NCBI GenBank assembly: GCA_043228905.1
Contig: JBHGNT010000258.1
Coordinates: 1-44,003, forward strand
Source: Azolla caroliniana
Lineage: Eukaryota > Plantae > Polypodiophyta
Reading direction: 5' to 3'
Length of the DNA: 44,003 bases
The translations under genes were made by a program, and so were the position numbers. Below the pieces are notes generated by a model. It saw only the letters and a program-made list of their open reading frames with translations, made no database searches and was not told the DNA's origin. Shown here piece after piece: positions 14,349-26,064 of this stretch; position 1 is the first letter of the stretch, and the number at the start of each line of letters is the position of its first letter.

Positions 14349-15697
14349 TTTATCCATGTTGATTAGTATGGCATTCATGTACATATATCTGGATATCAGC
14401 CATGAGCATTGTCGTAGACCGCACATTGTAACATTGCTTCCTTTTTCTCCCCTCTTATTACAGACATCTACTGTGAAGAATTTCACTCAAAAGTTTGTGT
14501 CTGCAAATTTCATCTAGTAGGAAATTGGCAGGTCGTCAGGATTATATACCAAAGAACTGAAACGTCTTATTTTATTTGAGTGAGGATTCCTTTTTTCACA
14601 TCAGCTCTTTCCTAGGTGAAGTTTGGGAAAACAATTAGAGATTTCGCTTTACCCTTACCAAGAAATCCTACATGTTACCCAATTCTGTATCTTATGCATC
14701 TCGCACTGGTAATGTCTCTTTGCTGGAGATTTATCTAAACTGACAAATGTCAAGCAAGTAGGGCAGTAATATAATCTTTCTTTCAATAGCAAAGTCGCTT
14801 GCCAAATACTGCTGAACACCTTTTTGCAATTTGTTTCATCCAATGCAAGGAACCAATAATATACTTTCTTGATTATGATTTTATTTATTGGTAGAACTAT
14901 TGAGGCTAGAACCATATTTTAATCGTGGTGGAATGTGTGAAATCCTCTATTTTATACTAGAATGACACCGCTCATAGCTCTTTGAATGATTGGCTGCTTA
15001 ACTTCCATAAAAAGTATAATATTCATTGTTCGGTGTGATGTCAGATCAATAATTGCAATGAATTCCTATACTTGTTATACATGATTGTGTCTCAAATGTG
15101 TCCATTTTTTCCTGTTCTAGGATAAATACTATGCTGAATCTTTGCTGAAGTGGTCATCTACGTCCAATGGAATTTGCTTAAATAATTTCATTTCTTCATC
15201 TAATTGTGGTAGGTGGGTTGATTGCATCTGTCAAAATTTTTCTAGACTATTCTTTATAGATTTTCACAAATGTTTAAAATAAGGGAATAATGATTTTGTT
15301 CAAGAGGCACCTGAATAAAATTCTCTCTAAACAACTGAAAAATAGGCTTAGGTTGATTAACTTTTGGAGTTCCATTTTAGAGAAATTTGTTATAAATTTC
15401 ACAATTGAGTTGACCCACGTACTAATATTGTCACTAAGAACCTCTAAATGATATATCTTATGATAGCAACTGAGTTTACCTACTTATAAACTTCCAAGTG
15501 CCCTCAATTCCAATGTATGCATATCATGACATGGATTTCCTCCGAGGTCCAAATTTGAGTCCAAACATATGTGATGCATCTCAAATGTTGATTGTTTGAC
15601 ACAATGATTTCAACAACACATAGTTTGATGAGCTCTTTAGTAGTTAAAGATTGTTGAATGTTGCTGCTATGCTACTACATCTCCAATCTTGACACCC

Positions 15698-16357
15698 AAA
15701 GTGTGGAAGTTGTTTAGCTTCCACTATAGCAGTAACAAGGGATATATACACAATATGTATATATAATGGAATGCATCGTAATCCGTCATGTATATGTTTG
15801 TATTAAAAATGTATGATGCTACAACAAGTCATTTTGTCACGCAAATTTTGACACTAGTGACTAAAGTGTGGAAGTTGTTTAGCTTCCACTATAGCAGTAA
15901 CAAGGGATATATACACAATATGTATATATAATGGAATGCATCGTAATCCGTCATGTATATGTTTGTATTAAAAATGTATGATGCTACAACAAGTCATTTT
16001 GTCACGCAAATATTGACACTAGTGACTAAAGTGTGGAAGTTGTTTAGCTTCCACTATAGCAGTAACAAGGGATATATACACAATATGTATATATAATGGA
16101 ATGCATCGTAATCCGTCATGTATATGTTTGTATTAAAAATGTATGATGCTACAACAAGTCATTTTGTCACGCAAATTTTGACACTAGTGACTAAAGTGTG
16201 GAAGTTGTTTAGCTTCCACTATAGCAGTAACAAGGGATATATACACAATATGTATATATAATGGAATGCATCGTAATCCGTCATGTATATGTTTGTATTA
16301 AAAATGTATGATGCTACAACAAGTCATTTTGTCACGCAAATATTGACACTAGTGACT
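15698..16357. repeat. Tandem array, 4 x 165 bp (2 x 330-bp higher-order unit)
   Basis: AAAGTGTGGAAGTTG recurs at 15698, 15863, 16028 and 16193. The units look identical except for GCAAATTTTG / GCAAATATTG alternating A-B-A-B. Confidence 0.97.
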
Positions 16358-16375
16358 AGAGAACTAACTAAATTG

Positions 16376-16447
16376 AGGTTCCACCGAGACTTGAACTCGG
16401 GTTACTGGATTCAGAGTCCAATGTCCTAACCACTAGACCATGGAACC
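16376..16447 (-). tRNA. trnQ-CUG: tRNA-Gln (anticodon CUG), copy 1
   Basis: The reverse complement reads GGTTCCATGGTCTAGTGGTTAGGACATTGGACTCTGAATCCAGTAACCCGAGTTCAAGTCTCGGTGGAACCT: 72 nt, acceptor stem GGTTCCA/TGGAACC, T-loop GTTCAA, anticodon CTG. This is a typical plant cytosolic tRNA-Gln. Confidence 0.97.
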
Positions 16448-16506
16448 AAGACATAATACCATATGATAGTTTTCATGGTATACATATAAAGGAGAAACAA
16501 AAGCGC

Positions 16507-16511
16507 AAAAA
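16507..16511 (-). terminator. Pol III oligo-T terminator of tRNA-Gln copy 2
   Basis: AAAAA on + (TTTTT on -), 3 nt after the tRNA 3' end. Confidence 0.7.
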
Positions 16512-16514
16512 TGA

Positions 16515-16586
16515 AGGTTCCACCGAGACTTGAACTCGGGTTACTGGATTCAGAGTCCAATGTCCTAACCACTAGACCATGGAACC
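16515..16586 (-). tRNA. trnQ-CUG: tRNA-Gln (anticodon CUG), copy 2
   Basis: Identical 72-nt sequence to copy 1. A CAA motif lies just upstream and a T5 run just downstream on the - strand. Confidence 0.97.
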
Positions 16587-18815
16587 AATTTGCTTATTTT
16601 TCTATGAAGCCAGATCTAGTTCGGTTTTCCACTAAATTATTAGATAATAGATCACATGAGGAGCTTCCAGGAGTAATTGAGGAATCACAGTGCTGGTGCT
16701 CAGTATAAAGCCTAGAAATGCAGACAAATACGGTCACCCAGACATTTTAAAAGCTTTGAAAACTTAGGCATTGCACATTGGCTTTTCAGGAATCCAGCTT
16801 GAAGCCGCCGAATTCGATGCTGATATAATGCTGCCTGCCCCATAACTGTGGTATTTGGCAGTTCCCTTTCTTCTTCAGGCTTTTGGTTAGATGGAAATAG
16901 AGGTCAACTGGTCTAGCATCATTTGAACTGAAAGAATTGCTGCTAACTCTCTATGAAAATTACACACAATCATCGGCTTCATTTTTCTCCATTCTACTCG
17001 AGCATCCATTGAATTTGTCGACTCACTATTATCAGACTTCACTACCCGCTTGTGCATGTTATCCTCTCAGTTGAAAATACCACAATATGCAATCACTTCT
17101 TGTTCGTACATCTGATTTGCGACTTGCATCTTTAGCTTGGGAACATCCCTGAGAGATTGTATCATCTACTTTTTGCACTCGTGGGTAGTAATGTTCCAAT
17201 CAATCTAACTGAGGCACTCACTTATGGTTCATTCATGTTCCAGTACCCTACGACAATTCTTCCTTTCGGATGAGCCTTTTGCTTCACAAATCCATTTAGC
17301 ATATCCAATCAAGCACTTGAGGTAAAGAGTACATATATCAACTACTATGATGTACTGTCTCTGCATTAAGCTCCATCCATCTCTTCCACAATATGTGTCA
17401 TTTGAATGTTTCGCGTCATGGCATCATGTAAATTGTTTCACTGCTGCATTCTGTTCTTGATCCAACATTTAAATATCATTATAAGATTCAGCCTGCATCT
17501 GGTGCCTGGGTTTATATGTATTATAATTATTTGCGCACTTCCATGATAATTAACATCTGCACTTATGTTAAACATACACATCTTGTAATTATATCAATAT
17601 CTCCTATTCTTTAAAATAAACAGACTGAAGTGTATTAATAATAATTTGTAAGTTACTGTAGAATGAAAGTCACATAACAACAGTACATGCCTAATGGATG
17701 TAAGAAATTTTGGCTGTTATGTCCCATAACTGAGAATCTCTAACTACAATGTTTTTTTGTCCCCCTTTTGTTTTCTCGCGTGCTATGGTATGAGAACCTA
17801 TCATGTGAACCATAAAGCTTGACATGTCTGACAACCAAATGAATGGTGGAAACTTCGGTGTGGTATTTGACCCACTCAAAAAGTATGAGGTAGTGGCCAA
17901 TCTACTTAGGAGTTACAGATTTAAAACTATTATTCTAATCTGTAGATTTCAGACATTTGTAGTGACTTATAATAATGATGATAATAATAAGTGATTGAAC
18001 ATGACAAGAGAAACAAGGAAGCAATGCCTAAATGCTACACAAGACACATTAGACATCCGGAAATGTTTGCCAATCACGATGTAGTAATTTAGTAACACAT
18101 TGTTAAAATATTGAGTTCAAGCCTGTAATGGTGGGTTTTCTAGGTTTTCCACCAGGTTCACTGTGAACATTCTTCATAGTTTTTGTTCAATATCATATAA
18201 TTCTTTACAATGCACTTTCTACAACCTAATTGTCAAGAAAAATATGATTGTCTAAACACAAATAAAGAAGCTTTCGCTCAGTTTTAGATGCTAAATGGCC
18301 TATAATCGAATGCTTGAGATATGATAAAGTATGCCCATGAAGTTAGATAATAAGATGCAAATCATTAAAAATCTAATCCAATAATGGCATACCATGGATA
18401 CATTTCATTATTTAAAGACAAACTATAGGAGGGCATAGATAGATTCATATCACGTTTCAAATTAAAGGTGCTGCACATACACATTTTAGATGCCTATGTT
18501 TAGATGCTTATATACATGTACATGTATAGGTATACGTACATGTACATGTAACATATAGCAATATTACCACCACCGTTTAATATGGGCTGCTTTGCTGTTG
18601 ACACTATTCTCATGTTAACTATATATTTATATTTGTTAAAAGCGCTTTCTTAAGAAAGGGAGAAATGCAATGGAAGGTGATATGTCCATTATTTATGTAC
18701 AAAGCATGCACATTATCGAAGCGGTTCACATCGATGAATTTGTGCAATGTAGAGCATTATAGCCCATGGTATAAGCTCTTCAAGTGAAAGAACATATCAA
18801 CTTCCAAGTTTACAA

Positions 18816-21800
18816 TCAACTCCTGGTAACTCGTGTTAACTTTCGAGACTTCTTGTAATACTTCAAAAGAAGAGAAGAACAAACAACACTCACGGATGAA
18901 GCAGCCATTGCAGCCCCAGCAACCCAAGGAGGGAGACGAAATTGCTTGAAGGGAAAAAGTACTCCAGCCGCAATTGGAATGCCTAAAATGTTATAACCCA
19001 GAGCCCAAACATAGTTTAGTCGTATTCTATTGAATGTTTTCCTAGACAAATCTATAGCAGTAACCACATCTTCTAAGTTGTTTCTCATCAAAACAATATC
19101 AGCAGCCTCGATCGCTATGTCTGTCCCCGCACCAATTGCCATACCCACATCAGCAGCAACAAGAGCAGGTGAATCATTGATTCCATCACCTACCATTGCT
19201 ACCGCTTTTCCTGTTGACTGTGAACAAGAAAACATATCCACTTTTAGTTGATTCATGCATGCATATCGTGAGAAAAAACCATGAATATCTGTGAATTAGC
19301 CTAAAACACAAATTTCAATCATTTTAAAACATTGCCACTCAATTTGCAAATGGGATTGAGAGCAATGTTATAAACATTGTCTCCAAATTTTATTGGAGAA
19401 TGTATTAAGAATCTACTAATCAGGGTATTCTTAACCATGTGTCATATGCAAGAGATACCTCTATTTTTAATGCATTTTAGCCTTAGTTCATTTCTTGAGA
19501 GAGAATTGGGATATAGTCAAGATCCTGGAGCCTAGGGAACCTTCAAACTACTTTCATATAATGAAAAGGAAATTAGGACTCCTATGAGGAACCTTTCAGG
19601 GATAACTTCATAAATACCTGTAAGTCCTTGACTTTGTCTGCTTTTCCTTGAGGTTGAGTCTCAGCGAAAATCATGTCAATGCCCACTTCCCTCCCTATTG
19701 CATTCGCCGTACCCCAGTTATCACCAGTGACCATAATGCTTTGTATACCCATACTCTTCAAAATAGATATAACAGCAGCTGCATCATCCTTCACAGGATC
19801 AGATATGGCTATAGCTCCAACAATCTCATTTTCAACAGCCACCAAAACACCAGTTCGAGCTTGCTTCTCCATGTCCTGAAGATACTCAAGAGCAATCGAT
19901 GGCACCTTCAAGCATGACCCAGTCATAAGCTGTTGATTTCCTACATACACTTTCTTGCTTTCTACTTCAGCATACACTCCTTGTCCTGCCATCACCTGAA
20001 ATTTCTTTACTTCAAGCTTCCTCCTTGCGCCCATTTGCTCAATTGCATAGTCAACAATTGCCTTAGCAAGAGGATGTTCACTATTAGCCTGCATATATCA
20101 ATGCATACATAAGAAACGCTGATTTTTGCATTTTGTTCATCGATGGTAAAAAATCATGTAACATTTAGTTTACCTCTGCAGCTGTGATAAGGTCATAGAA
20201 GTATGCACGATCAATATCATTGAACAGCTTTAAATCAACGACTACTGGTTTTCCAATAGTCAGTGTTCCCGTTTTATCAAATATGATATATTTTACCTGA
20301 AAAACAACCATGTACAAGTAAACATTTGCAGCTCAAACATAAGACAGTAGAATCTATATAATTTACAAGAAGCAAACCTTGTGTGCACTTTCCAATGCTT
20401 GCCCTCCTTTGATAAGAACACCTTGCGATGCTCCTTTTCCCGTTGCCACCATAACAGCAGTGGGAGTGGCTAAACCGAGAGCACAAGGGCAGGCAATTAC
20501 AAGAACAGAAATTCCAAACTGAAGAGCAAGCTCAAACTCATCCATGGATGCAGGAACCCATGACTTCGGGAATATCCTTGTTTTCCCTGCAGCATACCAA
20601 CCTAACCATGTAGCAACGGCAATGACTACTACCTGAAAATAACCTTTGTTAGGTTTCATACACCATTATATTCTCTTTAGTGACATTAATATTTTACCTC
20701 TTCTTCTCTCTTTACAAATTAGGGCTGTATCCAAGTGGTAAGTCAAGCTTTTTTACCAGCTCATGAAACCGTCTAGTGTCTTGTTCGGTCTTATCTTAAA
20801 AGACATTAATATATCTTTCTTCTACACACGATCCTATACATACGTAAGTAGGAGTAACATTCACAGGGCTTCAGTTCTCCTTACAGAAGGCTGCATGTGC
20901 TTGTCTTCCCCATGAATATGCAACCCTTGGTGGTTGAAAGAAAATGTGCACATATACAGTTCCACGAGCCACAAACTAAATTGTGGCTATTTGATACCCT
21001 TGTCACACTGGCTCTTCTCTATGGATTAGAAACCTGGGACCAAGTCTTAACAAGGCAAATAACTGGAAAGATCTAGAGAGATGCTTAGTTTTAATTATTG
21101 CTCACATGATAAGGAACAAAGCATCAATGCCCCGTGATATGGTCCGGGCAGAGATAAGAGCACCTCCAACAATCACTAAGGCATCATTCTGATCAGTGAC
21201 CAGCAGCCAACAGCTTTGGGAGCCCCTAAATGAATGTACATCCTGTGATTTGTGACATCAAAACAACTGCTGAATACGGAAATAATCACTCTTGGTACAC
21301 TGAAACACAAAGATCGTAGGACCATATGGTGTAAGCATAAATGCACTACCCCTGGTCCAATATAGCTTGGATTGTCCCCACCTAAACACAAAAAGCGAAA
21401 AAGAATATCCGAACTGATATCCCCAACTTGGATAACTGAAGAAAATGGATCAGATCTACAACACCTCTTGGTATGAAGATGGCCCACTATAAAGCACACT
21501 TTACACACATCGGAGGATGGATTTATCATCAGGCCCTCTTATATGAACATACATCATTCATATGCCCCTGTGCAGTGTAATAACGCAACTGTGGACCCCT
21601 TCACATCAGTTAGAGATCGAGGTAGGCAGATATGGATGCATACCTCTAGAAGAAAGCGTTTGCCAATTGTATTATCAAGGAATAGAATTTGAAGAATGGT
21701 TTGTCAGTTATTCTATTCCTTTTTAAGAAATCCGAGGGGATACCATAGCCTCCTTAACCAAGGTTTTGGTCCACTATGCATATGGAATATGAGGACTAAA

Positions 21801-24800
21801 AGGTGCCCAAGGCTATTCTTGCTAGAACTCAAGAGATACAGTGAGAAGTTGTTGAAGGAAAAAATGCAACCACACAAGCTCATCAACAAAGAACCATCAC
21901 AACTTTATTTAGCCTCATCACTCCTACTCATGCTGCAAGTCAATTAAGGGCTACAAAAGTGGGCTCCCAACCTGGACCCAGCCTACAGCGATTTGTCATG
22001 CATGTAGGCCCTGGCCTCGTGAACGAAGACCACAGAACCATTGTCATCAACAGATAAAAGCCATTATCTCTCCCCATTGCAAGTGCTTCTTACGCTTCAA
22101 AGATCTCTCCATTTTGGATTGACTTGCTAGAGAATATTTCAGTTATGACATTCAGTGTTTCAGTTTGAGGTTGAGGTGCACAGTTTACTATGACATCAGA
22201 GGACACTTCCATTGACTCTTCAAAAACGATTTTCGACCATTTTCATGCGTCATGGAATTCTATGATCAGAGATGTTTGAGGCTGTTTTTACTAGAGAATA
22301 ATAAATTGAGACATTCGTTTATGAGTACACAGCCAACAGGGCCATTAATACAGATGTCAGCCATCTGCACAATCATATTGGCATTCTTCCTCAACAATTG
22401 GCCAATTCTTCCTTTCCACATGCCCATAATTGATCCTGTATTCACAAACTACTGAAACTCTAAACCCTAAATCTGTTATGAAAACCTATGATATGTATAT
22501 ATTTCTACTTCTTAACACTGATGCACAAGACTTTTGATAATGAGGTTAAGAATTAACAATCATCATCAGCTGTGTCGAACTTGGCTTGTATACGGAAGTT
22601 TGACCTCTTCAGTTTTTGTCCATTGAAACTAGACATTGGGAAGACCAAGGTATGATGCGTATACCATAAGCCAATGATTACTGGATTGGAGCATCAGTTT
22701 TCTCTCTCCCACAATTGGTTGATTATTTCATGTCATGCTACCACAACTCGGTTGCCACAGAAAAACTAGCAAAAGATATATTGCATTGGAAGTTGGAACC
22801 ACCCTATTTAATACATTGGCCAACTTAACTTTCTAACAAGAACACAACAAATGTACCACATCTAGCCATAAAGAATGGTACTTCCCTTACTACCCTTTTT
22901 TCCCATCCATTCAAGAGAAAACAATATCAACTCTTCTATTCATGCAGCTACATGTTCCTAAAAGCATGCACATTCTTCTAAATAAATATTCCATGCATGG
23001 ACTTAAGTGAAGAAATGAATGATTCGTAACGAGCATCATACAACATTTTATTTGAATACTCTATTTACTCAGTCTCCTCCCTCCCATGAAGAAATGATAG
23101 AAGGCTTACAGCAGGCACAAAATGTTGTGAGATGTTGTCCGCCAATTTTTGAACAGGTGCTTTTGCAAGTTGAGCAACTTCAACAAGTCGCACAATCTGA
23201 GAAAGAGCTGTTTCAGAACCCACGCGGGTAGTTTTAACATGAAGAACACCATTTTGATTCATTGTTCCACCAATAACTACATCACCCAGCTTCTTTTGCA
23301 CCGGCCTAGCCTCACCTGTAATCATGCTTTCATTCACATAGCTCTGGCCCCAAATAACAATGCCATCTGTTGGCACCTTGGATCCCGGTAAAACTTTTAC
23401 AATGTCTTTTCGTTGAATTAGTTGTGTATTTATTTCTGTTTCAGAAAGTATGTTTCCATCATTGTCCATATCAAGCAGTATGGCAGTTTCAGGAGCAAGG
23501 TTCATTAACTTAGCTATGGCTTCTGAAGTTTTTCCCTTTGCAAGGATCTCTAGATACTTCCCGAGGAGTATGAAAGAGATGAGCATGGCACTTGTCTCAA
23601 AAAAATCATTCCCAGAAAAATCCATAGAGGTTGCAGCCCGAATCATTATATAGACCGAGTAAAAATACGCTGCATTTGTACCAAGAGTCACCAGCACATC
23701 CATATTAGCAGATTTGTTCCTCAAAGCATTGTAAGCACCCACATAAAATTGTCGTCCAAAGTAGAATTGAACCGGTGTGGAAAAAATCCAGCGTAAAATC
23801 TCCCCAACTGTTAACATATTCACAATCTTTCTCATCAATCCTTCTTTGATAGTTGGCACATACATAAAGACCATAGAGAGAAGAAACACGGGAACAGTAA
23901 AGATACAGCTCCAAAGAAATGATTTTTTATACTTCATGATTTCTTCCCTTCGATCTGGAACTCCATGACCTCGGTGCACATATAGGCTTGCTTTATAAAA
24001 AGATCCCTCTGACTTGATTACATTTATAAAATTTCTTGGACCCGTCTGATTGGGATCATAAGTTATTACCACTTTTTCACCTTCTATGTCTATTTCTACT
24101 GCCTTTACTCCTGGTATATTTTCAAGAGAACTTCGGATTAAGTTGGTTGCTTCAATGGAGTGGACACCCTCTACCTGTAGCGTTACTTTATCTCTCTCCT
24201 CTCCAGCACTGATAAGATCAGTACCATAGTTCATGTTATTGATCCTCTCCATGATCTGCTTGTAATTTATAACTTTTGAATCATATTCAACAACCGCTTC
24301 TTCTGTTGCCAAACTTATGTCAGCTCTTTTAACTCCATTTACACTCTTCAAGTTGGATTCGATATAGCTCGAGCAAGATGTACATCGCATACCCTTAATA
24401 CGGAGACGACAGATAGTTTTCGTTTCTTCCTCATGCTTCCCTTGAATAATGTGTACTTCAAAGCCAGCATCTTGAATGGCCTTACAAATTGTTAAATCCT
24501 ACAAAGGTAGAAGTTCAACATTTAACAATTCCCACTTAAACAAAAATAAAGTGAGGCAAGTAGACAAAGCAGAAAAGCCTCTTTGTCTGTGCTATGCTGT
24601 GTGTGCGTGTATATGTATGTATGTATGCCTATGAGTCTGTATCTGTGTCTGTGCCTCTGCCTGCGTTCATTTCTGTTTTGTGTTTTGTGTACATGTACAT
24701 GTATGTATATTTATATACTATGGATTAGATTGTCTTTGAGATAAACCATGCATCTAGCATCATAAACGTAAGAATTTTAACTTAAATGCCTAACACAACT

Positions 24801-25299
24801 CTTTTTATCTTAGGAGACGACAATTATTATTGAATCTTCCACTTCATTTAGCTCATTCTTTGATTATGTTTGTATAGACATGATTAAAGCAGCCAAACTT
24901 ACGTTGTGTATATTTTATATAATACTCATATCGAAAGCAAGTTGTACCAACAATAGCATACTTATGTACCATCTAATATTTCCTTATCAATGGACTTACA
25001 TCAACAAAGGCCGGATGATACATGACTTGAGCTCTGTTTTGGAGGACAGCCACAGTTGCATCTTCAATACCTGGCAAACGCTTCACAGACTTCTCTATGG
25101 AACTAGCACAAGCTGCACACTCCATTCCCAGGACTTCTAGATTCAATTCACGTACCTTGTCAGCATCATTGCCCATTGATGGAGGGTATCGAGGCATTGC
25201 TGGATATCGTGGAGGTGGAGAAAGTGCTATTTCTCTTGAGGCATAAGTTTTAAGCGGTGTCAATGGAGGTGATGTTATGGTGATTTTATGCCCAGCCAT
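18816..25299 (-). CDS. HMA5: Copper-transporting P1B-1 ATPase, HMA5-like, 6 exons, ~979 aa
   Basis: Exons (-): 25299-25000, 24498-23110, 20632-20378, 20296-20174, 20088-19618, 19217-18816, totalling 2940 nt with GT-AG introns. Motifs: two GMxCxxC metal-binding domains (GMECAAC, GMRCTSC), a degenerate third HMA fold (GVHSIEA), TGE, CPC, DKTGT, SEHPL, GDGIND, YN and MAASS. The N-terminal RYPAMPRYP resembles the HMA5 clade. Confidence 0.95.
20830..22150 (+). mobile_element. Decayed 5'-truncated non-LTR retrotransposon (family A, RTE-X/L2-like) in HMA5 intron 2, antisense to the gene
   Basis: Colinear and similar to 26230-27550 ([20 protein letters not shown]; HQLEIEVGR...RLPIVLS region). Contains stops and frameshifts. 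Confidence 0.8.
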
Positions 25300-25386
25300 A
25301 TTGCCTAGTAAATCATAAGGGAAGGTAAACAAAAGGTGAAGTTTGGTCTCTCTCTCTCTCTCTCTCTCTCTCTGAGATAAGTGCAA

Positions 25387-25550
25387 AGCCCAATCCTTGC
25401 ACGAATTTCTCTCATTGGTAAAGTTTTTGAACATCGAGAGTCGCTACTCACTCTCACACGTATCACGTGAAATGTAATATTTTTGGTCTCATAGGTCATA
25501 TTTGACCTCCGAAGACGATAATATAATCAATCTATCTATCTATCTATCTC
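25387..25550 (+). mobile_element. Short 3' end of LINE family B with (ATCT)n tail
   Basis: AGCCCAATCCTTGCACGAATTTCTCTCA...GAACATCGAGAGTCGCTACTCAC...TGAAATGTAATATTTT matches 33551-33690 apart from an internal deletion. It is followed by a hairpin and (ATCT)n. Confidence 0.85.
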
Positions 25551-25599
25551 TCAAAATTCTCTCATCCAGTTGGGTAGTTTGATGTCAAAAAACGATTCA

Positions 25600-26000
25600 A
25601 AAAATGGAATGTGGAAGATCTCCTAGAGCTTCCAAGTGATGCTATGAAATATGTAGTTATTGAGGAAAGATTAATGGACCCACTAAGGAAGAAGTGGAAA
25701 GATGCTAAAAGGACAAAATAAGAATAATATATTGCAAATATCAATCTTGAGTGTTGGGTTCTATATCAGGCAAGAAGGCCTAATGATCGTATTCAACCTT
25801 ACCTCATTACTAACATGCATATTAACTCACGTAGTGCCCTAACACTCCTTCGCACTTGATCACACAACCTAGATATTGAAGTTGAGTTATGGAATCAAAA
25901 TCAACCAAATATGAAGGTATGTAAGGTATGCAAGGAAGGGCTAGTAGAGAATGAGTATCACTTGCTTTTACATGCTCTGCATATAGTGCAATTCATGACT
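25600..26000 (+). mobile_element. LINE ORF2 C-terminal zinc-knuckle remnant (another family)
   Basis: Translates to SHNLDIEVELWNQNQPNMKVCKVCKEGLVENEYHLLL, the same H-L-x-IE...CxxC...E-x-E-x-H motif seen in the other LINE copies. Confidence 0.6.
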
Positions 26001-26064
26001 CCCCACCCACATGTGATATCCTGGGGCAGCCTCCAATTCCCCACCCACATTAGTTTCTGACTCT

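Noticed and set aside
15698-16357. CRISPR array or miRNA cluster
   Set aside because: Whole units are identical with no spacers, and the hairpins have only 7-9 bp stems, too short for plant pre-miRNAs.
16511-16708. 65-aa ORF
   Set aside because: Antisense to the tRNA-Gln gene; a spurious ORF.
18511-24970. GTAC clusters as SPL7 copper-response elements (18511-18550 and HMA5 intron 1)
   Set aside because: They arise mostly from low-complexity (TACATG)n runs, are not in the promoter, and HMA5-type genes are not typical Cu-deficiency/SPL7 targets.
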